Assembly: GCF_009914755.1 (NCBI RefSeq)
Contig: NC_060948.1
Direction: 5' to 3' (one strand)
Source: the human T2T-CHM13v2.0 reference genome, Homo sapiens
DNA length: 64,000 nt
Made by a program: the position numbers and the translations under genes. Positions within the stretch are counted from its first letter, which is position 1. Every line of letters begins with the position of its first letter. Of this stretch, positions 43,201 through 58,369 are shown one piece after another. A model generated the notes under the pieces. It was not told the DNA's origin and searched no databases. It was given only the letters and a program-made list of their open reading frames with translations.

Positions 43201-45618
43201 CGAAGAAAAAACAAAAAGGGACATCATATAATGATAAAAGAAATAGGCCAACAGGAAAATACCACAATCGTATATACGCACCTAACACTGGAATTTTCAA
43301 ATTTATAAAACAATTACTACTAGACCTAAGAAATGAGATAATGAGATAGATGTCTACATAATAATAGTGCAGGACTTCAGTACTCCACTGCCAGCACTAG
43401 ACAGGTCATCGAGGCAAAAAATCAAAAATAAACAGTGAAATTAAACCATAGTCTAGAACAAATGGACTTGATGGATATTTGCAGAACATTTCCCCAACCA
43501 CTTCAGACTATACATTTTTTTTCAGCACATGGAATATCCTCCAGAGTAGAACATGTGATAGGTCACAAAACAAGTCTTAATAAATTTAAGAAAAAAATTA
43601 TATCAAGTATCCTCTCAGACCACAGTGGAATAAAACTGGAAATCAACTCCTAAAGGAATCCTCAAAACTATACAAATACATGAAAACTAAATAATCTGCT
43701 CTTGAATTATCTTTGGGTCAACAATGAAATTTAAAAATTCTTTGAGCTGAATGATAATAGTAACACAACTTAACAAAACCTCTGGGATACAAAAAAAGCA
43801 GTACTCAGAGGAAAGTTCATAGCATTAAATGCTTACATCAAAAAGTCTGAAAGAGCACAAACAGATGATCTAAGGTTGCACCTCAAGGAACTAGAGAAAC
43901 AAGAACAAACCAAATCCAAAACCAGCAGAAGGAAAGAAATAACGAAGACCAGAGCTGAACTATATGAAATTGAAACAAAAATATAATAGATAAATGAAAC
44001 AAAGAGCTGGTTCTTTGAAAAGATAAACAAATGGATGGACCGTTAGTGAGATTAACCAAGAAAAGAATAGAGAAGTTCCAAATAAGCTCAATTAGAAATG
44101 AACCAGGAGATATTACAGCCAATACACAGAAATACAAAACATCATTCAAGGTTACTATGAACACATTTTTCTACAAAAACTAGGAAATCTAGAGGAGATG
44201 GATACATTCCTGAAAACATGCAACCCTCCCACGTTAAATTGGGAAGAAATAGAAACTCTGGACAGACCAACAACAAGTAGCAAGATTGAAACAATAATAA
44301 AAAATTGCCAACAAAAAGAAGTCCAGGACCAGATTCACAGCTGAATCCTATCGGACATTCAAAAAAGAATTGGTACAAATTTTACTGAAACTATACTCAA
44401 AGACAGAGAAAGAGTGATTCCTCCCTAAATCATTCTATGAAGTGTCACCCTAATACCAATATCAAGAAAGGACGTAACAAAAAAAGAAAACTACAGACCA
44501 ATATCCCTGATGAACATAGATGCAAAAATCCTCAACAAAATAATAGCTAACTGATTCCAACAGCATATCAAAAAGATAATCCACCACGATCACGTGGGTT
44601 TTATACCAATGATGCAGGGATGGTTTAACATACACAAGTCAATAAATGTGATACATCGCATAAACAGAATTAAAAACAAAAATCACATGATTTTCTCAAT
44701 AGATGCAGAAAAATATTTGACAAAATCCAGCATCCGCTTATGATTAAAATTCTCAGCAAAATTGGCATACAAAGGACATACCTCAAGGTAATAAAAGCTA
44801 TCTGTGACAAACACATAGCCAGCATTATGCTAAATGGGGAAGGTTGGAAAGAATTCCCCCTGAGAACTGGAACAAGACGAAGATGTCCAGTTTTACCACT
44901 TCTCTTCAAAATAGGACTGGGAGTCCTACCAGATCAATCAGACAAGATAAAGGAATCAAGGTGCATCTATATTGATTAACAGGAAATCAAACTGTCGCTG
45001 TTCACTGATGATATTATTGTATACCTAGAAAACCCTAAAGATTTATCCAAAACACTCCTAGATTTTATAAACGAATTCAGTAAAGTTTCAGGATACAAAA
45101 TCATTGTACACAAATCAGTAGCATTGCTATACTCCAACAACAGCCAAGCTAAGAAACAAATCAAGAACTCAATCTTTTTTACAGCAGCTGCAAAAAAAAA
45201 AAAAAAAAAAAAATCCTTAGGAATATAATTAACCAAGGAGGTCAAAGATCTTCACAAGGAAAACTACAAAACACTGCTGAAAGAAATCATCGACAACACA
45301 AATAGAAACACATCCCATGCTCGTGGATGGGTAGAATCAATATTGTGAAAATCACCATACTACCAAAAGCAATCTACAGATTCAATGCCATTCCCATCAA
45401 AATGCCATAATCATTCTTCACAGAACCAGAAAAAAACTATCCTAAAATTCATATGGAATTAAAAAAAACACCCTGCATAGCCAAAGCAAGACTAAGCAAA
45501 AATAACCAAACTTGGAGGCATCACATTACTAGACTTCAAGCTATACTACAAGGCTATAGTTACCAAAACAGCACAGTACTGGTATGAAAACAGGCATGTA
45601 GACCAACAGAACAGAACA
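40286..45618 (+). mobile_element. L1PB(a)-type LINE-1: 5'UTR, decayed ORF1 (~41920-42900) and ORF2 (~42935-45618); 3' end missing
   Basis: gggggggaaatggcagataggagacagg 5' end; ORF1 peptide ENLFEQIIEGNFPGLAR..KGKPIKLTADLSAETLQAR; EN peptides GWKKTFHANGNQK and SDHSGIKLEIN; RT region; many stops. Confidence 0.9.
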
Positions 45619-45712
45619 TGTATCAGGTAGGATGTGATTATTGAAGAGAGACACATCATTTTGTATTTGTGGACCTTGTGGGTCTCAGTTTCTTTATCTA
45701 AAAAAATGAATG

Positions 45713-45845
45713 TGTATTAGTTTTGGAAGTTGCGTAATAAATTACCACTAACTTAGAAGCCTAAAACTACTAATTTATTATCTCACAGTTCTGTAAGTCA
45801 GAAGTTTAGGCAGGCTGGGCTGGGTTCATTGCCTAGAGTCTCCCA
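45713..45845 (-). mobile_element. MLT1 (MaLR) LTR fragment
   Basis: tgtattagtttt..taataaattaccac..aatttattatctcacagttctgtaagtcagaagt. Confidence 0.6.
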
Positions 45846-46390
45846 TTATTATTTATTATTATTTGTTAATCTCCTAGGCTAAACTTCCTTTTTGGGAAGA
45901 AAAGTAGTTTATTTTTGCTGGAATTTCTCTCTGTGTTGTTTTCATCTTGAGGAGATCAAGTATAAAAGTGTTGCGCATTTACTGAGTAATATTACAAGCA
46001 GAATGCCACATATTATTAATTGAAATTCTGATTCAAATGTTTATATTAAGTAGAATTTTTCCAACACAGTGTATATGTGCTAAACCTCTAGGAAGAATAT
46101 GTTTATTTTGCACCTAAACATTGGATGATATGAGGAGAAGCACATCTTGATAATGATACATAACAATAAGTTAGGTGTAGACTAAGACGTTGTTGATTGA
46201 GAGACAGTGTACTTGATCTAAAATCTGTTTCAGGAACATTGCTATGAGGATATTTACTGCAAAAAAAAAAATGTGTTTTTTTCACATTTTGTACTAATGG
46301 TGGAATTTTCACTTTTAATAAAGGAAAGTTACAAATTATTTCAGGGAATTTTTGTTTTATTAAACCTCCTGGTAAATCAAACTGATTTTT

Positions 46391-47854
<1,464 letters not shown>

Positions 47855-48181
47855 TGAGCACATGATAAATGCCTACTAAAACAAACACTGGTGTTCTAGC
47901 TCTCTCTCTCTCTTTTCAAATATCATGAAGAATTGTCCACAGAATAGCATTTAGGATGGTGTAGACTTAAGAGGGAAATGCATGTACCATCAGTACTTTT
48001 CCTTGGGCAGTCTAGCTAGGATGTCACCCACAGGAGGGGATACAAGCCTTGCAGGACATGTTAAAAAATTAAGACTATAAAATTAAGGAATACAAAGGAA
48101 CACATTACTATTCAATTCAGTAGGGATCTGTAATTCTGCACTGCTCAGGTGCAGATGAAAACTACTCAGGTCAGAATCAAG

Positions 48182-48259
48182 TTGTTTCTGTAAGAGACAG
48201 CTCTATAAATAATGAGCTGTTTGTTTCTATGAGAGATAGCCCTATAAATAATGAGCTGT
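48182..48259. repeat. 39-bp tandem duplication (2 copies, 4 mismatches)
   Basis: ttgtttctgtaagagacagctctataaataatgagctgt / ttgtttctatgagagatagccctataaataatgagctgt. Confidence 0.9.
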
Positions 48260-50189
48260 TCTCAGGTGAGCCAATCATTACCAATTGCCTGTTTAAAATG
48301 TCAGAATTGTCAAGGTCAATTGGTGTTAATCTAATGGCAGCACTGACCTAGTGTCACACAGAGTCTATAAATTAAATTTTAAGTCTCACAAAAGGATTAT
48401 CTTTGTTTCTAGAGACAATATTTGAATCAACAATGTTTTGGGTACTTCCGTGAAAGTGATGTGGGTGGATTGAAGTTTAAAAGGTGTAGACAATTGTCCA
48501 TTAAAGCAATTACATTAATGCATCAGGCTGATTTGAAATCAGTATTGAGGTAGAGTCAGAATATTTGCATATTTTTTTCTTTGTCATAACATCCTCACCA
48601 AAGCTTTTGGAAATTGCTGTTTTCAATGCACTTCTCACTCCACAGCCAGGACATAAAGAGTGACGGGGAAAAAGAGAACCTTATCAGGAAGAGAAAGAAA
48701 TAACCATTAGAAAGTTGTTCAAAATATATTATTTCATGAAATTGTCTTTCTTCTGTAACTTGTCTGTTTCCATATCTCCTTGTCACATTCTTAGGTATTT
48801 CAGTAATAAAAAAATTATCTGGATAAAAAAAGAAAGTAAAAAAAATGAAGTTTAGGTTTGATAAAAATTACTTTTATGAGTTAAAAGAACAAAGTATATT
48901 TCCTCTAAAAGAAGTTGATTACCGACTCCTTGTAACTTTTCATAAATTAACGTTCAGATATTTTTCAAATAAATAACTGATGGGAACTCAGCTTGTTGAA
49001 AATTTGCTTGGTTACACATTCAACAAACCTGATGGACAGTTTTGATTATTTTTGCCCTTTACAGAGTAAGTGTGAAATAACACTAATTAAAAGCTTTTCT
49101 ACTGAATAATCCATGTGCATCACCTTCCAAAATTTCACTTAAGGGGCCTACACATTGACAAAAACACATTTTATTCCCTTTGCTTAATTTCATTAGTGGG
49201 ACTTTTCTTTGACTTTGTGGGAACATTTAGATTTTTCTCCAGAGCATGTTAGAGCTCAGAACGATTAGCAGAGCATTTGAAGTAACCACAGCTCAGGGAT
49301 AATGGGAATGAGCCCTATAGCACTGTGTAAGCACTGGGACCATTTATAGATGTTCTGTGCAATGGTGGATAAAATAGGGCCACACTATACTGTTCCAGAA
49401 GCATTTTCTCTAGAGCCTTCTATAAGTCCCTTCTATGCTAAATAATTCAAACATGCATTTTGCATTCAGTAAACAATTGAAAACACAAGGAAATGAAGCT
49501 TTAAAAAGGAGTTGTGCTCAGTCAGTATATTGCTTTCAACTTTGAAAGAAGGCAAATATATAAAATGATCCTGAATTGCCTACTCAATTTCTAGCAGTAA
49601 GAGTAAAGCAGAGAAATCTCATTCTACTCCACCTATCCCCCTCTCACCAAAATCAAGAATTGTGTCTTTATTGTTGTTATAATTTGCTTCATAATGTTTT
49701 CTTGACAATTGAGACATTGTATACTGCATTAATTATTTACATTTTGTATGAACATTAAAATAATGAGAACATATATTTGTTTAGAAAAAAATCCCTCTAT
49801 TTTTTCTCTCATAAATATAATTCTACTGTTATGTTAGTATGTTCATAATTTGAGAAATTCTAAGTCTTAAGAAATCTTGGAATTGTATGAATTCTCTTTT
49901 ACCTACTCATTAGCAGACTCATAATTTTAGAAATCTTAATTGAGATCCATGTGCCAGTTATACTAATTAGTGTATAATTTCATAATCTGAGTACTTACAG
50001 AAAGCACACTCTTGAAAAACTCTGTATCTACAAATGCTTTTGACTATATGGATTTCCAGAGTCAAAATATTATTCAAAAAAGTAATAATAACATTTACCA
50101 CAAAGCTTCCAATGATGGTTCATCTGTGGGTGAATTTCCCATTTACAACTTTGCTCCCAGAGCACTCAGAAATATTTTACCCCTTTTCA

Positions 50190-50968
50190 TTTTTTTAAAC
50201 TAGACTTTATTTTTTACAGAAGTCTTAGGTTCACAGCAAAAATGAGAGGAAGTTATAGAGATTTCCCGTATCTTCTCTACCCTACACATGTGTAACCTCC
50301 CCCATTGTCAATATCCCCCACCAGAGTGACACATTTGTTATAGTTGATGAATTTACACATCAATATCACCCAAAGTCCATAGTTTACATTGGGGTTCACT
50401 CTTGTATATTCTATGGGTTTGGAAAACATTTAAAATAACAAGTATCAACAATTATAGTATCTATAGAGTAGTTTCTCTGCCATAAAAATCCTCCATTCTC
50501 TGCTTGTTCATCCCTCCTTCCCCTATTCCACAACCCCTGGCAACCACTGATATTTCTACTGTCTCCATAGTTTTACCTTTTCCAGAATGTCATATAGTTA
50601 GAATCATACAGTATGTAGCCATTTCCAATTAACTTATTGTACCTAGTAATACAGATTTAAGGCTCCTCCACGTCTTTTCATGGCTTGATAGATCATTTTT
50701 TTTTAGCAATGAATAATCATTTCTGAATCTACCACAGTTTATTTATTCATTAACCTACTGAAGGATATCTTGGTTACATTCAAATTTTGGCATTTATGAA
50801 TAAAGCTGCTATAAATATCTGCTTGCTGGTTTTGTGTAAACATAAGTTTTAAGCTCCTTTGGGTAAATACTAAAGAATGTGATTGCTGAGCCTTATGGTT
50901 AATAGTATATTTAGTTTTGTGAAAAACTGCCAAACTGTCTTCCAAAGTGGCTATAGATTCTCTTTCAT
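50190..50968 (-). mobile_element. L1MC1-like 3' end
   Basis: tagactttattttt..aggttcacagcaaaa..atcccccaccagagtg..atcacccaaagtccatagtttacatt. Confidence 0.8.
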
Positions 50969-51214
50969 TGGGAAGATGGCAATACATAATATCTAAGTCA
51001 TTTTACGACTCAGTGTTTTCTATCATATAGGAATGACCTTTACTTTAGTTAGTATTTGGCATTACATATGCATGTATAAAATGTATAGTTTTTAAAAGAG
51101 TGTTTGTTCCTTAATATAGTTAGTAGTTATGAAATGAGTCAAGATCTGTTATTGCTAATGTTGGCAATATATTTTTATTAAATTAGACATTTTGGATGGT
51201 TTTAAAATTATAAC

Positions 51215-51440
51215 TCAGTAATAATAGCTAACCTGTATGTAGCACTTAACTTTGTGCCAGACACCATTCTATTGGCATATATCGTCTCACTTAGTTAATA
51301 TTTTAAATTCTGTTTCTTCAGATTAGGAAACTGAAGTCTAGAGTAGTTAAATGACCTCTTGAAGATGACACAGTTAGTAAGTGGTAAAGCTGGGGTTTAA
51401 ACACAGTCTGTCTAGCTCGAGTCCATACTCTACACTTTAA
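51215..51440. mobile_element. MIR
   Basis: aataatagctaac..gcactta..tgtgccagacacc..cagattaggaaactgaag..acacagttagtaagtggtaaagctgggg. Confidence 0.65.
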
Positions 51441-51473
51441 GACTATAGTAGTTGTGTTTAACAGGCTTTAGAT

Positions 51474-51841
51474 CAGGGATCCCCAACTCCTGGGCCATGG
51501 ACTGGTACTGGTCCCTGACCTGTTAGGAACTGGGGCCACACAGCAGGAGGTCAGTGGCGGGCAAAGAAGTGAAGCTTCATCTGTATTTACAACCACTCTC
51601 CATGGCTTTCATTACTGCCTGAGCTCTGCCTGCTGTCAGATCAGTGATGGTATTAGATTCTCATAGGAGCATAAACCCTATTGTGAACTGTGCATGCCAG
51701 GGATCTAGGTTGTGCGTTCCTTGTAATCTAATGCCTGATTATCTGAAGTGGAACAGTTTCATCCTGAAACCTACCTCTCTCCATGGAAAAATAGTCTTCC
51801 ACAAAACCAGTCCCTGGTGCCACAAAAGCTGAGGACCCCTG
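51474..51841. mobile_element. MER1 (hAT-Charlie) non-autonomous DNA transposon
   Basis: cagggatccccaac...gaggacccctg termini; degenerate 8-bp TSD ctttagat / ctttcaat. Confidence 0.88.
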
Positions 51842-52139
51842 CTTTCAATAACAGAATCTTAGGTCTCTATTATAAATGTCTTTCAGAGGTTAAATCACTT
51901 TTGCAGCATATAACCAACCCTTGGCAAAAGCAATTGATGTAAGATATCTCTTGCTAACTTTTAAGGCAAATTCAGATGACCTGTCATTTCACATGGACTC
52001 TACAAAAGCACAGCTTCTGGAGATTCTAAATCAAAAGATACAAGTTCTTGAATTAATAAAAATCAAAAACAAATTCATATTTTGTGGACATCAATGTAAA
52101 AAATATATACATACTGTGCTACAAATAATAATTAGCGCA

Positions 52140-52805
52140 CTTCTAGTTATACGAAGGATAGCTGTATGTTAGGCATAATTATGACCTCATTATTGTTTAT
52201 ATTTGAAGATTATGTATGATTTCAAGAGATGTGTGTGGGTTCAAGTTGACAAGGGGTGGACGTGTGATGGTTAATATTGAGTGCCAACTTGATTGAAGGA
52301 TGCAAAGTATTGTTTCTGGGTGTGTCTGTGAGGGTGTTGGCAAAGGAGATTAACATTTGGGTCAGTGGACTGGAAAAGGCAGACCCACCCTCAATCTGGG
52401 TGGGCACCATCTAATCAGCTGCCAGTGCAGCTAGGATAAAGCAGGCAGAGGAAGGTAGAGGGACTTGACTTGCTGAGTCTTCCAGGCTTCATCTTTCTCC
52501 TGTGCTGGATGCTTCCTGCTCTTGAATATCAGACTCCAAATTCTTTAGTTTTGGGACTCTTGGACTTACACCAGTGATTTGCCAGAGGGTCCTGGGCCTT
52601 GGGCCACAGACTGAAGGCTGCATTGTCGGCTTCCCTACTTTTGAGGTTTTGGAACTCGGACTGGCTTCCTTGCTCCTCAGCTTGCAGATGGCCCATCATG
52701 AGACTTCACCTTGTGATTGTGTGATTCATGTTTCCTAATAAACTTCCCTTCATATATACATATACCCTATTAGTTCTGTCCCTTTAGAGAACCCTAACTA
52801 ATACA
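52140..52805 (+). mobile_element. Short HERV-L internal 3' tail and PPT, plus MLT2A 3' LTR (52263-52805)
   Basis: gggttcaagttgacaaggggtggac|gTGTGATGGTTAATATTGAG...gagaaccctaactaatACA; aataaa near the 3' end. Confidence 0.9.
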
Positions 52806-52810
52806 GACTC

Positions 52811-53100
52811 CCATTATCCTAAATGGATTAATGCAAGAATAGAAAACCAAATACCACATGTTCTCACTTATAAGTGGGAGCTAAACATTAAGTACACATA
52901 GACATAAAGATGGAAACAGTAGATACTGGAGACTACTAGAGTTGGGGGGGAGCTGAAAAACTACCAATTGAGTACTATGCTCACTAGCTGGGTGAGGGAT
53001 CATTCATACCCCAAACCTTAGGATCACACAATATTCCCGTGTAACAAACCTGCACATGTACCCCCTGAATCTAAAATAAAATTTGAAATTATCAAAAAAA
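52811..53100 (+). mobile_element. L1 3' end (L1PB4/L1PA16-like)
   Basis: aaaccaaataccacatgttctcacttataagtgggagctaaaca...gtaacaaacctgcacatgtaccccctgaatctaaaataaaa. Confidence 0.8.
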
Positions 53101-53124
53101 CTCATAATAACAACAATAAAAAGA

Positions 53125-53583
53125 ATAACTGCCTGCCAGAGATGCCCATGCCTTAATCCCTGGGACCTGTGAATATGATGCCTTAGATAGGAAAGGACAT
53201 GGAAAGTCGCTAATCAGATGATATTGCAGTAAGTATATTATCCTGAATTACCCAAGTGAGTTCAATTTAATCACAAGTCTCCTTAAGTTTGGAAGAGGGA
53301 GGCATAACAGGAGATCATAGTGATGGGACATTAGAAGAACTGACCTGCTCTTATTGTCTTTGAAGATGGAAGAAAAGGGCTGTAATCCAAGGAATGTGAG
53401 TAGTCTCTAGAAACTGGAAATGGATTATTCCTTAGAAAGAAATATAGGCCTGCCAACATCTCCATTTTAGCCCAGCAAGACCCATTTTGGAACTCTGACC
53501 TCCAGCACTATAATAAAGATTTGTATTGCGTTAAGCCACTAGTTTGTAGTAATTTGTCACAATGGTGATAGGAAAGTAATACA
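53125..53583 (+). mobile_element. MLT1 (MLT1D-like) MaLR LTR
   Basis: taatccctgggacctgtgaatatg..ctttgaagatgga..ttaagccactagtttgtagtaatttgtcaca..ggaaagtaataca. Confidence 0.8.
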
Positions 53584-54122
53584 CGCACACACACACAAAA
53601 CAAAATTTGGCTTTAATTGGAAACATTGTCTTTGTTAAATCAAGCCATATGCATAATTTATCTCTTGGCTAATTTTTGACTTTTAACCTATTTGAGCTCT
53701 CTCATCCTTGCATCTATCTAGAATCTATTACTGGCTTCGTTTTTTGTGGGACTTTACTTGGAATTCCAATTCTTCTTATTATAGGGAATAAGAAATTGAG
53801 TACCTTTTGTTTAGCTGGTTTAAGCACATTTCTTCCTCCTGGTCTCATCAGTAATTGTGTGTGTGTAGTAAGTAAGGCACAAAACTAGTATAGAAACATC
53901 TGAATGGCTGCTGGAAATATTTTTTTAAACATGCCACTTAGGGGCTTAAATACTAAGAAATATATTAGTATCCAGTTTTCAAGGAAATGGACCATTGAAG
54001 CTCAACTTGAAAGCAACATATGGCAGTCTCATCTTCATCATGGTTTGACATGTGTTAAAAAATTTTTGAAAAGAAACTACCAATATTAAGAATCAACTAG
54101 GCAAACATTATAAACATAAATA

Positions 54123-54483
54123 CAGATGCTCCTCAACTTACAGTGGGGTTACATTATGATAAACCCACAGTAAATTAAAAATATTGTATGTAAAAAATGT
54201 ACTTAATACATCTCACCTAACAACACATCATAGATTAACCTAGTCTGCCTTAAACCTGCTCAGAACAGTTACATTAGCCCATAGTTCAGCAAAATCATCC
54301 AATACAAAGCCTATTTTATTAAAAAAGTTTAATATATCATGTAATCTATTGACTATTGTGCTGAAAAACAGAAAGGTTGTATGGGTACTCAAAGTACGGT
54401 TTCTACTGAATGTGTATCAATTTGTGCCATTGTAAAGTAAAAAAAAATCCTAAATTGAACCATGGTAAGTCAGGGACTGCCTG
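54123..54483. mobile_element. MER47A-like TcMar-Tigger element
   Basis: TA|cagatgctcctcaacttac...gtaagtcagggactgcctg|TA (TIRs and TA TSD). Confidence 0.88.
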
Positions 54484-55055
54484 TATTGAAAAGCTGACTT
54501 GGGAATAAACTACATTTTCATTGAAATATGAATGTATGATCTAGCAGTCTTTCTCTCCAATCATTTTTGAACCAAAACAGATTTCCCTATCTCACTAAAG
54601 TCATTATTTGAGGTCCCTTGTTGCCAGGCACTAGCTGTATAGAACATTGATTTTCAGAGAAAATGCTATGATAATTGAAGAATGTTAAAAAGCAGATAGA
54701 TTGTTTCCAAATTTCTCAGTGAATAGTTTACCATTAAATTTGAATTTTATCATCATGTAGGATTTACTCATAGTTAATAATACTATTCCTTTTAAGAAGA
54801 AAGACTCTCAAGATTGAGAAAATATAGCTAGAGCTTGTGTGCAATGATTTCAGGCAGCACATGGCTTTAGAAGGCTTGAATTCTAAGTTAGTATGGCAGA
54901 GTTATCACATCATTGACTGATTTTTCCTTTCAATTCAAAGCATGTTGATAGGTTTTCTTTCTTGGTATAGAAGGGAGAGGAATCTCTTGATGACATATTA
55001 TCTTAGTACTTTGTGCATTTTCTTGGTTGAGACACTTAGAAGACTGAGCAAATAC

Positions 55056-55117
55056 TGTATAATCAGGGTTATATAGAAAAACAGAATCAACAGGATGTAT
55101 GCATATATACACACACA

Positions 55118-55165
<48 letters not shown>

Positions 55166-55473
55166 AGGAGATTTATTATAAGAAATTAAAGCATAAGATT
55201 ATGGAGGCTTGGTGAGTCCAAATTCTGCTGTGTGGGTCAGCAGAGTGGATAACCAAGAGAAACAATGATACTAATAAAATCTGTAGGCCATCTGCTGGAG
55301 AATTCCTTCTTGCACAAGAAGGCCGGTATGTTGGTTCTATTCAGGCCTTCAGTTGATTGGATGAGGCCCCCCCACATCATGGAAGGCAATCTGCTTTACC
55401 CAAAGTTCACTGATTTAAATGTTAATCATATGCAAAAACACCCTTCAAGTTGGTGCATAAATTAACCATCACA
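55056..55473 (-). mobile_element. Solo MLT2 (C/D-like) LTR containing a (CA)n tract
   Basis: tgtataatcagggtt...gccttcagttgattggatgaggccc...aattaaccatcaca. Confidence 0.8.
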
Positions 55474-55714
55474 TGATATTTTAGAAAACATCTCATACCG
55501 TTGTAGAGTTATCACTTCTTTTGATGAGGGTGCTATTTTATCCTGCCTTCTATGACTTTATTTTTAACTATTGTAGATTTTAAAAGCCTATTGTTATATC
55601 AGACAGCCAATTGATTGAAACTAAGTAAATACATTTTTCCCAAATATCTGTATATTCCATGTGTAATTCTTATTGTAATAGAATTTTTTGCAAATATTAT
55701 ATTTTTTGATTTGT

Positions 55715-56080
55715 ATTTTTTAAACATTTTTAGTTCACACATAATTGTACATATTTATGGGTTACATAGTAACGTTGCAATACATATAATGTATAGTGAT
55801 CAGATCAGGGTCATTAGCATATTTATAATCTCAAACAGTTATCATTTCTTTGTGTTGGGAACATTTAATATCCTCCTTCTAACTATTTGATATATTATCA
55901 TTAACTATAGTCATCCTACAATGCTATAGAATACTAGAACTTATTCTTTCTTTCTAGCTGTAATTTTGTAACCTCTAACCAACCTCTTCTATCTCCCCTT
56001 CCCCTCTATGCTTCCTATCCTCTGGTAGACAATATTCTACTCTCTACTTCTATGAGATCAACTTTTTTAGCTTCTGCATC
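55715..56080 (-). mobile_element. L1MA (MA5-8-like) 3' fragment
   Basis: cataattgtacatatttatggg..gtgatcagatcaggg..tctacttctatgagatcaactttttagct. Confidence 0.7.
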
Positions 56081-56319
56081 AAGAATGAAAGCAAGAACTG
56101 TTTTGACACACGGGAAATATAGTTTATTTAAAGCACACACTATCTAAATAATCTAGATAGATAATGTGCTAAATAATACACTCACATGCACACACACTCG
56201 CTTTATGTTTCCTGAATATGGATGTTCCTCAATAGAAGACAATATTTTTGTGAAATGCTCAGTAAAATAGTGAAAATGTAGTCAATATGATCGCAAGTTT
56301 TCATCATCAGCAGTTAGGG

Positions 56320-56560
56320 AACATGACAAATTCACCATCTAAGTGTCAAATACTTTTCTAAGTGCTTTACATGGGTTAACTCATTTAATTCTCATAATAA
56401 CTATATGATATAGATTCCATTATCTTCCCCTTTTCATAAATGAGAAGACTGAGGAACAGAGCATTTAGATGATGTGTTCAAGGTCTCAGAACTAGTGAAT
56501 GGTAAGGAATCCAGCCTTTTAGGCTTTAGAGACCATGCTCTTGGCAATTAAACTATAAAG
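56320..56560. mobile_element. MIR
   Basis: aagtgctttacatgggttaactcatttaattctcataataac..atgagaagactgagg..tcaaggtctcagaactagt. Confidence 0.65.
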
Positions 56561-58369
56561 CCTTTTAAAGGAGATTTTAAAAAATTCTTATAATGTGACT
56601 CAGTTGTAAACAACGTAAGTGATAGAGATTTTAGACTCACGGAGCTAGAAGAGCTTTCATGTCCAAATCTTTCACTTTATCAATGAGGAATCTTAGGAAA
56701 CCAGAGCAGTAAAATGACTTTCTCTGCTTATGTAATGCATCTTTGATATCTATTGTAACTTTTCTGAGAAGTTCCCCCATTGCAGAAGGCAATGGCAGAT
56801 AGGGAAGCAGGGGAGAAAAATCATTCTGAAAGAGGCAATGTAAGAGCTGCAGAATTTGTTTCCAGCTTCTGATCTATTACTTAATTTAGGTATTGGCTTA
56901 GACATGAACATGATTAAGCTTCATAATTCACAAGGGTGTGGAGGAGGAAGAATTGTACTCAGGGCCCCATTGTTTACTAGGGGATTTTTCACATTCAGCC
57001 CAGTGTTTAAAGGTAGATTTAGTCTAATTTATAGTCCAAATAAATGACCAGATAAAAGTACATGTTTTTCTCTGCACCTATTCCTCAGCTTAAAAAAGAG
57101 GTGAGACAGACACTTAGCCTGGAAATTAAGCTTCATGGTTTATTTTAGTGACTCCCCTTATCTGTACTACCAATGGCATGCTGTGAATATATTCTTGACT
57201 GCTGCACTTAGTAACACTTCTCTCACTATGTATATAAAAAAGACCAAGCTACTTATTTTGGGGTTTTGTAAAATGAACAACCTAATCAAACGTGGCTCTT
57301 GTGGATTTTATTCTTTGTGGGCACCCACAGTAAATATATAACTTTATATCATGCTGAAGATTATCATTTAGTCATATATATTATATAATGAGTGGTGCTT
57401 TGTATAGAGAAGATGCTAAAAATGCCCTGATTAAATTTATTAGGCATGATGAGATAGAAAAATACTTACTGTAAAACAAGAAACAAACTTGGAGCCTAAA
57501 AAACATTCAAATATTACTTTGAAAGAAAGGAAATAAGCATTTTATTATATTTACTAAACTTTAAGAGAAGTTTTTTAACAGAAGTTTTTCCAGACAGTAC
57601 ACTTTCGGATACCCTCAAATTACATTTCAACAATTAGTGGTTTGTTGTGTGAGCAAATTTCTTTATAGAGGGAAATTAATGGCTGGTATATCCTAGCTAA
57701 GGATGTAAATGTCATGGGTAAGTGTTCACAATGGATAATACATGCCCTGAAAATGATACAGATGGATTTTGATTTATTTTCAAGTGTTGTGATCTGATAT
57801 AATATCCTTCTAATTCACATTATAAAGCATATTTTCAATGTATGATATTCACTGCTCTGGAATATCATAGAATTAATCAAATGCTGTGCATAGATAAAGG
57901 AAACAAATGAATTACTTAAGCTTGTGAACAAAGATCAAGTAGGAGCAAATGAATCAAATCCTTAAGTGTAGTGTGTATATATAAACATTTGTTTTCGTGT
58001 AGGTAATCCCGTATATATAGATGTCTTAGGAGCTTTGTAGAAGTGTTTCTGTAATATTTTAGAGACCTTAACAACTGTAACCTGAATCTGATAAAATGGT
58101 GCCTAGCTTAGATTATAATAAATATTGTTTGTTTTTTATGAATTATAAAATGAAGTAATAAATTTAAAGTCTGATAAATATCAATCCTATTTATCTGTTT
58201 TTTTCTGAAAAGTGAAATAATCTGCTATTCATATGTCTAGCAAAATTATTTCAACCATTTTGATCATTACTGTGAATTATTTAGTTTATATTGTTATAAT
58301 TAACATATTATATTTACAGTCTACCTGATAGTCACATATACAGAGAGTCTAATGAGTAAGTAAAAGAGT

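Noticed and set aside
50053-50067. 15-mer TTTCCAGAGTCAAAA identical to the acceptor of the big exon (3743-3757), translating FQSQNI
   Set aside because: Similarity does not extend, and a few shared 15-mers are expected by chance in 64 kb of AT-rich DNA; no evidence of a duplicated exon.
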